DNA of 64,000 nucleotides from Ancylonema sp. (taxonomy: Eukaryota): positions 1 through 64,000 of the forward strand of contig JBFLGF010000086.1 of NCBI GenBank assembly GCA_050230475.1, given 5' to 3'. Below are positions 25,952 to 38,660 of this stretch, piece after piece. The notes beneath the pieces are model-generated. The model worked only from the letters and a program-made list of their open reading frames with translations. It was not told where the DNA came from and did not search any database. Position 1 is the first letter of the stretch; every line of letters begins with the position of its first letter. The translations under genes were made by a program, and so were the position numbers.

Positions 25952-27083
25952 CATAGTTACACGGACCGGCAAGATTGATTTTCGGACCGCGGTCGGACCA
26001 GGTCCGGAGTCGGGACCCGGCCGGACCGGGGATCTTTTGGGCTTTTTTTGCCTGACAAATTTTCCGCGGGATCTAAGGGCGTGGGGCTATTTTTTCCCCC
26101 TCTACATCACACGTGTGATATACATTTGTCATTTGTGGCTCGCAAATTTGTAGCAAGATTACCCAAAAAAATGCAATAGAATAGCAAGCCCATATCCAAC
26201 CGTCCATTGATTGAGATTGTGAATTTTGAATAGACAAAATGGTTGAAACTTTCGCATTAAAAGTCACCATCCGGTAGCATGCAATCGAAGGGGATGACGA
26301 TCTTCATAGTTGCCCAACCCGAGATTCTTAGGTCACTAAGATAAATCTAAGTGATAGGTTATTTCAATAAGCTTTTGGAACTGGTTTGTCAAAATTGTAT
26401 ACGCCTCACTTTGAGCCACAATTTTTGGGTGTGAAGCGTATTTAAGCAACTCATTACGTAGGCAAACCGCACGGGCGCCTCCGAATCAACCATGGCACCT
26501 TAAATAATAGAGAGGGATTTTATCCATTTGTTTATGTAGAATATAAAATTGAGAAGTGAGGAGTTTTTACAAGAGGAGTGAAGATTGAATATTAGGTTCT
26601 AGGCGTAAAAAACAATCCACAATATATAATATTGGATATGGGTGTTTTAATTTATTCAATAATTTCATTACCTTTTTGCTCTTTGTCATTCAAATTTGTG
26701 CCTCACATGTGCATCCTTTCGTCATCACATACTAACGAGTGTTATTTTAAAAAAAAAAAAAAAACGTATTTATGACTAATTCAATTGACCTCGAGCATTT
26801 CCGCGAGTGATTCCCTTGGAAATTGGTATAAAACGCTGTAAACTTTGAAGCATTCCAGGTTTTCATTACTTTTTTGTTATGCCAAACATTTTTTAATGAC
26901 ATGAACGATGTAACGAATAATTATATACGCGAAAAAAACCGTTTTCGGAGTTTTTTCTTCACGGAAAATTAATTGAAGCCCCCAAAACCAGATATTACCT
27001 AAATAGCCGGTCCGGATTTTATACCTAGAAAAAAGACTCCGGTCCGAAACCGGGACCGCGATCCGCCGGTCCGTGCAACTATG
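25952..27083. mobile_element. hAT-type MITE
   Basis: TIRs CATAGTTACACGGACC / GGTCCGTGCAACTATG. 8-bp TSD CATTTTGG / CATTTTAG. A related copy lies at about 52016-52402. Confidence 0.8.
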
Positions 27084-27674
27084 CATTTTAGGATGTAATC
27101 ATTTCCCGGCCGGATATGTGTATACATGTGAGATATGAAAACTATATAGGGAATAATAGAAGGAATAAAATGATCAGTATTCTTCCCCCCCCCCACTAGT
27201 TGATACTCCATCCCACGCTACGGCATGAAGGTGGCATAGACCGGACCGTTTTCACATGGATAAGGATTTCGTAGAAACGTAGGGTAGAGGATAGGCAAGA
27301 GGCACGAATTGCCAAGCTATGTAAAAATTAGCTACATTTATCAAGGATAATTGGTCTCATTATTGGTGGCCACGGTCCCCCCCGATCCCCGAACCGGATC
27401 GGAGCCGGATCGGACCCGATCTGGATCGGCGCCGGATCGAGTAACGCCGATCGGATCGAGCCCAACCGAGCAAAAACACAAGATTGTTTACTTTTGACGG
27501 GTTTTACATCACAAGTGTTCCATACGATTTTGTTTTTGTTCCTCGTCGATGATTAGTGAAAATTGACGAAAAATATCAGCGCCGATCATAGGTAAATGTT
27601 TTGTCGCCACAAATCGGCGCCCAGATCCGGATCCGACCGGAAGGGGTCCGATAAAATAAGCGCCGGGTCGGAGA

Positions 27675-28088
27675 TGTGAGAACTTTCTTCTGCCATCGAT
27701 GCAAGAATAAAGCTCACTTCTCGTTATCTCTCTGACACTAAAGCATCACGTCATTACAAGCGTCAACAAAGCAAAAGTGCAAGCTTGAAGTAGAAAGTAT
27801 TGACTAAAGAATTATGTGTGCAAGTCCACACCTAGTACAACCGATCAAACGTCTAAGTCAAAGATCTACTGATATCGATACTACTTAATTCAACACCAAT
27901 CACATATGAGTATTGTGCCACATCATCTAGTCTTATCGACACTCGTGCCAGATGGCCATTACTTGCCAACACAATCATTACTTCCAAGTTCGGCCGGCAT
28001 TTGCTGAATAACAACAATACTATAACTTAACTAAAGAGATCTCATAAATCGATATAACGACAAAAGTTCACAGCCCCTAAAACTAAGA
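27675..28088 (-). mobile_element. Solo LTR of the Copia B family
   Basis: Reverse complement aligns end to end with LTR 12969-13395 (TTAGTTTTAGGGGCTGTGAACTTTTGTCGTTATATCGAT...CTTGCATCGATGGCAGAAG...CTCACA). 5-bp TSD GGAGA at 27670-27674 and 28089-28093. Confidence 0.9.
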
Positions 28089-28313
28089 GGAGATTCCCGA
28101 TCGGATCGGATCGGGCCTAACTTTGAATCACAATAAAACACTTATGCTCGCGCGTTTGTTCACGTTAGCCCGGCAATAAGAAATGCATGTCGAATTCAGG
28201 CGAGCCGGAAAAAGGTCCAATATATAGGGCGTGATTCGTGTTTATGCACACTCACATTACAAGCTGTGTTTTGTGGCTTACTAGACGCGCGTAGTGTGCA
28301 CAAGTTGGGACTA

Positions 28314-28878
28314 CAGTAAAACATGTCTTAATTAATAATGTCGGGACCGGAAAATATTATTAATTAAGACAGGTTATTACCTAAGACATGACCGGTTCCA
28401 AATGACCTGAAACCAGTTTCTCTGTGGATACGAGGGGCAACATGTTGATATCCATGTCGGAATCAACCCAAACGTGTATATTCACACAGTCATAATCATG
28501 AGCATAATGATATAAACATAGTTTTAAACATGAGCCAACCGTTCATATTTGTACCCCGCATAAGTCTACAAAAAACCTCTTCTTTTTTTTTTTTTTTTTT
28601 TTTTTTTTTTCAGAATTTGAATCGTTTATTTGTTTTCCCTCTTCCACATTTTTGGCCCCTAATCCGTACAAATACTATGTGCGAATATGTTCGGATTTCG
28701 TCCATTATTAATTAACACGTTGATTAGCATATTGGCGGGACTGGGAAAGATTGAAAGTTATCACGTTTGAGAGGTTAGATAATAATTACACTCGCCCAAG
28801 GTCGGGACCGGAAAATTTTATCAATATTGACAGGTTATGAATAAAGACAATATTAATAAAGACATATATGTTTTACTG
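28314..28878. mobile_element. Tc1/mariner (pogo-like) MITE
   Basis: TA|CAGTAAAACAT ... ATGTTTTACTG|TA. Internal repeat GTCGGGACCGGAAAAT near both ends. Confidence 0.82.
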
Positions 28879-29583
28879 TATGGCCTCTAAGTAATACATA
28901 TCTTCATGCCATCCGCCTTGTAAACAATGTGCACTGAGCGTGTCGAGATTTCATTTTGGGGAATTTATGACAACTTGTCTTCTAGCGTGATGCTGACATT
29001 GCTCGCGAAACACAACGGACGAGCGGTACCAACATTGGAAACATAATTGTAGAACCTCTCAATCCCAAGTTGCGTTTGGTACTCCGTGATGTTTCATGGC
29101 GCATACATTGTCTTGCTTGTAAAAGCTCTACCCCCGGCATCTCATGACTTGACCGAGGAAATGTGTTTTGAATTTTCTCCAACCATTGCTTAATGGCATC
29201 TGTAGTGGCGGCGCATTTATATTATCTGAATGAATCCGGGACGCGTCCCGGACGAAGGTGTCCAGGACCCAAATTTAGACTAGATTGTAAGACACGGTCA
29301 AACATGGTCTTGCAACACACTTCCAAAATCCCTCCATAGTTTGTGAACAATTCTGCGTACTGTAATGATAAGAGGGTCGTTACAATACTAAACTGGTTAA
29401 ACTTGTCAACAAGAGGCTTTGTCACCAACAATGTGGAAGGTTGTATAATCACGGCCCAATGGAGAGCTTGGAGAAGTGATGAACATGATGACAAAAAGAG
29501 TTGGTACCACCACTGACTTCAAAAGCAGGAATAGGCAATCGAAACTACCGCATAAAATAAGTAAATGGCCGCATTTACGTGCT

Positions 29584-32500
29584 CTACTTGGACGCATTTT
29601 CAAATTCGGCTATGCCCTTCTCAGCTTGTTTCTGAAGCGTTTCGATGATGTCCACCAGTTCCAGATTCACCTTTCACCCCACAAGACCTCAGAGAACCAT
29701 AGCAATCATTATCATCCGTGATTGCATTCTCCTTTAGTTAACACCAAAACCGAGCAGCTCCCTCTCCTCTCAACATAAGCTTCTGGCTGGCGGCTTCTCT
29801 CGTATCATCTGGATCTTGTGACACAAACCTTCCCGTAATGATTATTTGCCCACCCTTAGCCCTCGCGAATCAGCACGTACCAACGGCTACGAAACACGTA
29901 CCAACGGCTATGAAAAAGAAGCAAACTTGGCTGCCAGCCACATTGTAAGTATGAGCAGCACCTGTGGCGTGAGGAGCATCTCGCTGATGTCAGCACAGCA
30001 GCGCGCCGCCGGACATGGCTTCACCACCGTCACCGCCCGCAGGCTTCGGCTCCCCGGTCCCCTGTCCCGAGTCTCCCCAGAAGACGCGAATTTTGCGACC
30101 AGACATGGCTTGCAGAAGTTGTGGCCGCACGAAGTCGACACCGGGTTGGTCAGCACGTGGCCACACAGCGGGCACCCAAACTCTGGAAACGGATCACGTG
30201 GCAGGTTCGGAATGAGTGCTTTGCAAATCTTTGTCGCTGGAGAAGCAGTGTGCCTGCTTCCCTGCTGAGTGGGTGTACCTCTGAGGAGCCGCTTTTGATG
30301 GCTGCCGGGATTCCGCTTGGCTCCTGTAGTGCCACCTGGCACCTTCTTGCTGCTGGGGGGCTCCCTCGTCCACTCCCACTTCTCCTCCTCCGCCTTCCAG
30401 TCCCACGCAGGGACGCCCTCCCTCTCTGTCAGGTCGATCCCACTTTCCACCTCGTCCAGTTTAGGCAGCTCTCGAGGTCGGTCCCCATGTGCTTCACTGC
30501 CTCAAGCCAGAATCGCGCGTCAGAATTGAACCTATGTATGCAAGCTTCTGCGCCAGTGTTATTGTTGTTGTTGCTGCTGTAGTTGCTGCTGCTGTTGCTG
30601 CTGCTGTTGCTCACCTTGCCCACGGTGCTGGCTCGTTGTCACACCGCACACAGAGGTAGCGGCAAACAAGATGGCCCTGCGAAAAAACACGCGATGGGGT
30701 GAGGTCGGGGTTGCCGGAGTGCCTTGTTTGGGAGTGGCTCTGCTCACCCCTGCCCCCTTCGTCCTCCAACACTTTTCTATGCGATAGATTCCGTCGTATC
30801 TCACCCCACGCTCCGGAGCATAGTGGGAACGCTTCTCTTTGTGAGATCTGCAATCCAAGGGAGTGGATTTCTTCTGGAACTGAGATATTACCCCTCTGGT
30901 CTGTGTGAAAAAGATAGGCAGTGAGAGAAGAGATTGTGGTCCTGACCTGACCACCCTCACAGGGTACCCTTTTCGACAGCTGAGACGGAGTGCCTCGTTG
31001 CCGCATTCAAACCGTTGGTCAAACGAATGCTCCTAGTTGGTGCGCTTGTTGCCACTCAAGTCCCGACCGCCACTGCAACGCAACCAACTCAACTCTGCAC
31101 ACCGCTGTCACAACGGCCTCAACGCTGCTGACACCGTAAATGGAGGCTGACTGGTTCTGGCAACCTTTATTCGCCATTCTGAATCCATCAAAGTGTCTGT
31201 TGACTGGTCGGTTAACCTTCGGTACTTTGTTTCGGTACTTTGTTTTTCGAACGGGCAAGACACATGCGAGTAGTGCGAGGAGACAGGGGCTGAGTGGGAA
31301 GGAGTAGTGAGGGCCGCCTCTGCACCTGCCCGTGTATAGGAAGTAGTCTCCCATGTCGCTGTCGTCCTCGTACCCGCCAGAGAGGGCGACTGACTGAGCT
31401 CCATGGTCTGCTTGACCTATGCACAGCCACACAACGTATGGGAGACAGGTCAGGTAGGAATGTTTTCTTCAACAGACATAGAATAAGCAAGTAAGTGTGA
31501 CAAAATGCAAGATACTGTGGCAGGATGCAAGATAGTGTGGCAGAATGCAAGATAGTGTGGCAAAATGTCAGGCTGCCATCGCCTGCTTGTGCTTGATTAT
31601 GTGCAGATGTGCAGATGTGCAGATGTTGTAGATGGCAATCCGATTCTCACGTACCAGCAATGCCTGCCACGTGTGGGAAATGGGCTCCCCATTGGCGGCA
31701 CTCCATGCGGTCCTCCCACTGTTCCCCCACCAGCACGCCTGTGTTCCGAACCGGATCGAAGTCCGCACTGATTGGTCCGAAATGGTCCGGAGCAATGGTG
31801 ACAAATATCCTGCCGCTGCACGCATTCGCCTTTCCTGTCTTCACCGCCCTCTCTGTTGTAAAGGCCTTCTCTGGACGACTGTCATTGGCCACAGAGGTGT
31901 AGGGCCGAGCTTGGGGCTGTGCCTCCTGCTTGGCTAATCGAATGGCAGCCACTAGCGCAGCGTTGATTCGGGGTTGAGAAGCCATCTTTGGAGGAATGGC
32001 AGCGCGACACTTGGCGCAGCTACGCTTGCCTTGACCAACCCACTTCTCGAAGCATTTGAGGCAGAAGTTGTGGCCACAGGGGGTCTGTGGCAAGAAGGAA
32101 ATGCAATCATTGAACAGCTGACACATCTGCCTAACAGCTGCCCCATCTCCATAGAAAATAAAAGGAACAGTAAGGACAGAACCGCAGGTGCTGAAGAAAC
32201 CGTTATCGATACAGCAGGGGGCATATCTCAGGGAGTAGAGTGCGGCACTGAGAGCCATCGAGGTGGCGTACACAGATCGGTATACCAAGGAAGCCAGACA
32301 TCATGTTCAGGAACGAAGTAAGTGGAAAGACAATATTTGGCCGACGGGCGGCAGCATTAGATGCCCAAGGATTGACCTTGTATTAAATGGTTACTTACAG
32401 TGACTGGTCTGTCCACGACCTGGAGGCAGAAGATGCAATTCATTTTTTCATCCAGAATCGCCAGAGTTGAGTTTCCATTCTTGGCAGCTGTTCTTTCCGA

Positions 32501-32881
32501 CAACTTCTGCTTTTTACTAGGCTCGCCATCCGCTTCCTCAGGCCCCGTGAAATGCTCCTGTCTCCTCTTGGCTTTCTGAGCGTCTGTAAGGCTGCTGTCA
32601 TTCTCGATTGACATTAGCTGCTGACTCAGATTCAGTCCATAAGCAGGTAGCAAGGGTGCGGCAGAAACCATGCTACCGCTGCATTCGGCTGTACCATCGC
32701 AGTCTGGGCAAACCCATGGATTTCCCGCACGCTGGGCAGGCTGGGTACGAAGGCAGGTGATATGCCAGGGACTCGCGCAGCTGCCGCAGCGCAGGCAAGC
32801 TTCAGTCTTCGGCTTCTCTCGGCAGCACATGCAGGCGCCGGAAGGATCAATGGGCAAGTCGAGGGCCACCTCCGATCCCAT
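29584..32881 (-). pseudogene. ORTH/VIM: ORTHRUS/VIM (UHRF1-like PHD-RING-SRA-RING E3 ligase) gene with one in-frame TAG; pseudogene, null allele or sequence error
   Basis: ATG at 32881. PHD (CMCC...CGSCASPWHITCL...WVCPDC), RING (CIFCLQVVDRPVT/TPCGHNFCLKCF), SRA (GVLVGEQWEDRMECRQWGAHFPHVAGIAG/Q...SVALSGGYEDD...YTG/SGGRDLSGNKRTN*EHSFDQ...GYPVRVVR/SHKEKRS...VRYDGIYRI) and second RING (EFGCPLC...CGHNFCKPCL). Last exon VNLELVDIIETL...ASK* ends at 29584. Premature TAG at 31035-31033. Confidence 0.88.
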
Positions 32882-33083
32882 GATAATAACTGTTGTGATA
32901 TAGACTACATGGTAAGAGCAACTAGCCTCGATTTGTTCACTACCAGGGGGGGATAGGCGAGCTGCGAGATATCTACCTCAGTCTACGGACGAAGGGCCAT
33001 TAGCGGGAAGTTCCTGTCGGAAAGTTTGTATTCCAGCTGCCGTGTCTGCACTGCAGACTGTGCCACACACGAGTCGGCCCGAA

Positions 33084-33935
33084 TCGTGCGAGGGGAGCCC
33101 AGCCGAACCCTCTGGGCTCCGGGCTTAGATAGATCCGAGCTCAATATAGAAGCCCAGAGCCCATCTCGAAGCCTGGATTCATGATCCGAGCCCGGACCCT
33201 ATCCCGGAGCCCAAATTTTATTGAATCTGAAAAAGAGGGAGAAAGACCAAACATAAAAATACACTTTCAATTGCCTGACATCATGCTTGCTTACAGGCGC
33301 GGTATAAAATGCTCAAAAGGGGTATAATCACGTGGTTAGTTTATAAAGTTGCACGAGATAGATTGAACATGAACGACATGTTTTTTTCCAATTATTTTCA
33401 TGAATATAAATGAGACATACTAAGTGTTATTAAGAACACAAGAGTTAAGTGTTAAGTGTTAATAGAGAAATACTTATATTGTTATAAACCAAGTGAGACA
33501 CAACTGATTTACAAATGTTGTCCGACACTAAATTGATTTCTCGGAACATTTTATTTATACATTCACACTTCGCCGCTTGATGGATACTCTTACTAGTTTG
33601 TGTCGTATGTACACTTCTAACCTCGATGACGTATATCATATGTAAAAGTGTGCATATGCACAAGATACCGTTATACAAAATCTCCAGTCTTTAAAAATTC
33701 CGCATATTTTCTTCATCACTACTACAATGTTTACATCGATTGACGAGCAATATGAGTATTTCTATTGCAGATGTTGTATATGTCGCAGTTGGTGTCGGTT
33801 GCAAAAACCATATTTCAAACCATATCTCTAGTAGAACCCACATTTCGCATGAGGATCCAAGTGCATTTGAGTAAGGGGCACTATTTTGAAATTAGTACCT
33901 ACATCACACCCCCAACGACGGTACGAGTCACAACC

Positions 33936-33966
<31 letters not shown>

Positions 33967-34724
33967 GTTGAAAACAAGAGACACGATACAAATAAATGAT
34001 TGTACTTAAGACATGTTCGTTCACGTCAGCTAACGTCACAATTTCAGTCCAACAATAGTGTTTTACGGATGAGGGATGCATCCATGAACACCGGCCCTGA
34101 AGAGGCTTTAAATATTGCGTTCAACATACACTTGTTGTTCGTGCTAAAAAATGGATCATTGTTGGTCATGTCATGTCATCTGGGGGTAGGGTGAAGCGAA
34201 CACTTCAATTCAACAATATATTCAAATTTTCGAGTCCCTCTGCAGGATGTGGGTCAATCTCATCTTGGTTTTCGTGCTCTCCAATGTCATACACGGGATG
34301 GAATTTCGCTCATATCCGGAGGTCTGTATGGTTTAGATAATAGAATTGTTTTCCAAATTTCCGAAACTAGCTAAAAACTTTCGTGAAACTTTGCAACTTG
34401 CAACTTTGCAACTTTGATATGTGAGAGGTTTCTACACACTTTCAGGGCACCTCGATGGCGGCTTGGTTGTCTACTCTTATAAATATATTTGTTGGGTGAT
34501 AAATTTGGCCGAAATATCCATTTTTGTCCCGCTATATATTAAAAGTTTTATATTATTGGGCTCGGAGCCCTGATTTGAGCCGAGATCCGGGCTCAAATCT
34601 CGTGATCCGAGGAAACACGAAATTAAGGGCTCGGATCCGGAGCCCACAGACATTGGGTTCCGGTTCATTGAGGCCGGTTCTCTTGGACTCCGGGGTCAGT
34701 GGGCTTCGGGCTCCCCACGCACTA
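33084..34724. mobile_element. Non-autonomous hAT-like element
   Basis: TIRs TCGTGCGAGGGGAGCCC / GGGCTCCCCACGCACTA, with GATCCG/GAGCCC subterminal repeats at both ends and an AT-rich interior. No clean TSD found. Confidence 0.65.
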
Positions 34725-34729
34725 CCGAG

Positions 34730-35692
34730 TAGGATTTTGAATTGTACATTTACGTCTATTTTTACATACGTCAATTACTGTTTTAACGGTAATTTTACCG
34801 TAACCTTACAAATCACATTGTTTTGCTCAATTATGTGATACATGGTCAGAACGGAAATTACACGAAATATGTAAGGATTTTGATAAGGAATTGGTTAAAA
34901 AAAACTGAAGCAAAAAAAAAAAAAAAAACGTGGAAAACTTTATTTCCCAAAACAAAAATATGCAGTTCACATGTATATGTCTTACATGAACGGAGTTATC
35001 GATGGATTTTGTCGAGATAAGTACCAAAATGGATATATATTTTCTTCCTTTCGAAAAAAATACACCATTTTTTTTTTCCACCCAAGTTTTAATGTATCTT
35101 CTACCTTCAAGTCCAATATTCCATTTCTTCCTCAACCTACGTCCAAGTGATGGTTGTGCCTTTTTCTCCTTCGCGAAATGCGACGTCAACTTTGTAGGTT
35201 TTTTTTTTAAATATCAGCATAACAAATGTGTTGTTTTACATATCATTTTTCTAAGATGAACGAAATTAGCGACGTGTACCAAAATGGTTTTTATCTTATT
35301 TTGCACTACAATTTCGATTCACCGTTTTTCTCCACGCTTTGCCTCCCCTAATGTAATGTAACAACCCGAAAGTGTCATATTCCATTTCGTCCTCATCCTA
35401 CTTCAATTGTTAGTTGTGGATTCTTGTCCTTGGCAAAATGTAAGAACATGCGAGAGCCGAGCCGATCCAAGACGAGAAAAGTGTTGTGGCGTGCTTGAAG
35501 TGCCCCCAATGTGCGAGGTTTAATTTTTACTTTTTAATCGTTATTACTATAAATGAGTAATTACCTCAATGACGTTACACATGTAAGGCAATCGTAAAAT
35601 TACACGGATTTATGTCAATTAACGGGTAATTCGTAAAATTTCGTCTGTATTACTTTCGCCAAAATCCGGATTACGTCACATTCACAACCCTA
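34730..35692. mobile_element. hAT-type MITE
   Basis: Imperfect TIRs TAGGATTTTGAAT / ATTCACAACCCTA. 8-bp TSD CTACCGAG / CTACCGAC, which overlaps the end of the neighbouring element. AATTAC repeats at both ends. Confidence 0.72.
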
Positions 35693-35814
35693 CTACCGAC
35701 ATAAGGCGGGCCCTTGATTTTCGTGTCTACCACGTTCACGTTTGCGGATTCTTCGCGAAATTGTGAACGTTAAAACTACTGCGTTTAAATCACGGGGAAA
35801 TTTTCGCTGAAAGG

Positions 35815-35822
35815 GCGGGAAA
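35815..35822. promoter_or_regulatory. Candidate E2F site upstream of PSF3
   Basis: GCGGGAAA (TTTCCCGC on the other strand), the canonical E2F element, ~370 bp upstream of a replication gene. A near-match GCGGGAAG lies at 33003-33010 upstream of VIM. Confidence 0.5.
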
Positions 35823-36190
35823 GCCATCTCTTGTTTAAATGCCCCCAAACGACAATTTCCCAGGCCGTGTCGCTCCACTTACCGTCGTTCTCGCTCTCCA
35901 TCACACGTGCAATCCGGCTCTCCATCATCAGGTGGCTGACGGGTTCTGCCCGCAACGCCTGGTCTGGGTATGATATGACATTCGTTGAGGGGGTGTCTCG
36001 TTTTTAGAGCTGTTAAGTTGTACTACATCAGTGCATGAGTGTGAGTACGTAGGTTTGCCGTTTATATAATCTCGCGTTTAGCAATAGTCTAAAGAGCGTC
36101 ATACCACGTTAAATCCACGTCCGCAAGCGAAGGCTGCCCCTAGTGTCAGAAGAATGCACTCAGAGCGCCAGTGTTTTGTCCTTCCTGGAA

Positions 36191-38146
36191 ATGAGCACAT
36201 ACTTGGACATTGAAGCCATATTAGCGGAAGATGAGGTATGCCATACTCATTCAGCTGGCAGTGCTTTGCTGATGCCCCCCCACTGATTTTTTCACATCGG
36301 ATGAGGGTTGCTGGCACAGAGAATACCCGTCGTTTTCATGACTTGCGTCACTGGCCTAGGGCGAACTCTGGATCCTAGCTGCGACGACGATGATGTGAGT
36401 ACAAGCCAGGCAATTTGAAGGACTAGCAGCTTCGCGAATAGTAGCAGGACACAAACTTTTGTTCTCAGAGCCCGAAGGATAACTTCCTCATTTTGAATCG
36501 GAAGTTATACAACTCTTGGGGTGTGAGAGCTACTTTAAGTGCCTTTGTCTTAGACCAGGATACAACTTCATTGTTCTGGTGCTTTTGGATGAAGGTGTGC
36601 AGTACTAATTATGATGCAGAAGTGTCCGAGTCGTATTTTTACAAAAAGACTACTATTACATCCGCATCTACGCCAAACTTCGCTTCTGTAGCTTTTATGG
36701 ATAGACGCTGTAACAATCTTCCAGGGAATCACTGTCGAGGATCAAATAAGTCAGAAATGAATTCTTCCTTACCCTTACTTCACAGCTAGTGACTGAACTA
36801 CGTCTGCGGCATGCTGCATGTCATGGCCGAGTTTAACTGAGAGCAGATCACCCACTTATGGTTTGCAGCTGGAGTTGGGAGCACGGGTTGAGTTGCCATT
36901 TTTTCTTATTCCACCTCTCATAGAGCGGAGGATGATTCATGTCAATGCTCCAAAATACTACGGGAACAGGTACTAGTCTACTAAAATCTCATGTTTACGC
37001 GAAGAGGCACCTCCTCAGAACTGTGTCTTTATGTTATTCCTGTGAACGGGCAAAAGTGAATACTGACAAATTCGAATACATTTGCTCGGATCCACCATCT
37101 CTGGCGTTGATTCAGTCGTGCAAATTGAGAAACCTGCACTCCGTGAGTTCTTTGACCATGGATAGCTTCAGCATTGGAAGAACGTAAAGAGTCCCCCTAC
37201 CATATCGGATTTGTGTGTCAGGGTGCGTCAGGAGATGAGGGCGGATGCGGGCTGCGTCAATCTGAGAGAATGCTCACACTTCTATTATGAGCTTGGTCTC
37301 AGCCTTCACAATCTGTAAGTTATTTTTGAAAATTTATTCGCAATAAATCAAGCACACCGTTCTCACGACTCTGGATGCATGTTCATACACCCCGCCAACC
37401 GTGACCCAGACTCGGCGATATTTATAATCCTCAGAACCTCATGGCAGATCTCATGAGTCCTTTGCACTTGCTGAGCCTTCCAGTCTGTACACTGTCTTAC
37501 TGAGCTAACGGCAGCTCTGTACGACGCCAAGGAGGAGACCTGTATGCAGGCTACGGTCCTGCAAGTATTCAATGACAGTGATATCCTACTTTATGCTTGC
37601 AGAAACGTAGATAAGGGTCTGGGAGCATGGCTGAAATCAGCGTTTGCCGAGCGCTTTAAAGGGATACTGCACAGGTCTCATACATATTCAGATAAAACAG
37701 TGACAGAGCTGGAGAGGATTCTCTCGCGGGAAGAAATCCAGTGTGAGCAATTCTTCTCCCTGGTTGCTAGTGGCAACCAGACAGCCCACCATCTCTGTAT
37801 TTTTTGGGCTGAAATGGTATCAGGTATCAGGGAGGAAGTGATATCCCTGTTTATCCATATTCTGTGAAGGTTAGGTAGGTTGTAGACCAATGACACTTGT
37901 GAACGGTTGATTGTGAATCAATCCCTACCACAACTCACGTCATGATGTTCCTTCTTTTCATTTTCGAACGTTGCAGTGGTGCATGCTGCTCGACAGTCAT
38001 ACTCCAGTTTCCAGATGTGGAAGAAAAGAGAAAAACGATTTATTGTTGCGAGTTCCATGAGCAAGTCAAAGAGGAGCAGGGAAGCTTTGTCCAGTCTCGA
38101 CCACAACAGCAGTGCCAGCACCAGGAGCCGGCAGATGAGGGTGTAG
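36191..38146 (+). CDS. PSF3: GINS complex subunit PSF3, 6 exons
   Basis: Spliced translation MSTYLDIEAILAEDE/RIPVVF...LGRTLDPSCDDDD/LELGARVELPFFL...PKYYGNR/VRQEMRADAGCVNLRECSHFYYELG.../...LKSAFAERFKGIL...LSREEIQ/LVHAARQSYSSFQMWK...RV*. All junctions are GT-AG and in frame. Confidence 0.9.
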
Positions 38147-38660
38147 AGAGTACGCACATAATTTGCACTATGTGACCACCTTGCGAAACCTTTTGCCTTT
38201 TAGTCTTTTGTTTGGAGCTCAGAAGCTCAGCGAGAAACTCGCTACTGACTTCTCAGCAGCTCCAAAACTTGTTCAACCAGAACCGGTCTTCATGTATCAT
38301 ATCAAAATCACAAGGTAGATTTTCAGGCAATTTTCGAAACATGTTTCTTGTTCTCGCCCAAAGGGCATCAACAGATTTCGACTGCACTAGTCAGATAAGT
38401 CGTCCTCTCTTTGACTAAGTAAGGGTCTCGAAGTAAATGGCATTGTTATAAATTTGTCAGCAAACCAAATAACTAGGAGTAGCTACATCGGCACAATATG
38501 CCAAGCAAATAGTGAGGAACTTTTCACATCTGGCTCTCACCCCACATTTTATTTGAGAGGCTATATGATGTTTCTCAATTGTTGATGTGTAGGTCTGGTG
38601 GAGATGTTCGGCATGTTCTTCGCTTTCAAGTATTCCCCGTTTGTCCATGCAAACACGCCC

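Noticed and set aside
30559..30611. Poly-Gln tract in VIM
   Set aside because: The CAG/CAA repeat follows a GT donor and lies in an intron.
31033..31035. TAG reassigned to an amino acid (alternative genetic code)
   Set aside because: TKL, PSF3, TTC4, PPD3 and VIM itself end in TAG at the expected C-termini, and I saw no other in-frame TAG in the host genes.
33300..34400. Possible hAT transposase remnant inside element 33084-34724
   Set aside because: I could not read a convincing BED, DDE or hATC motif in any frame.
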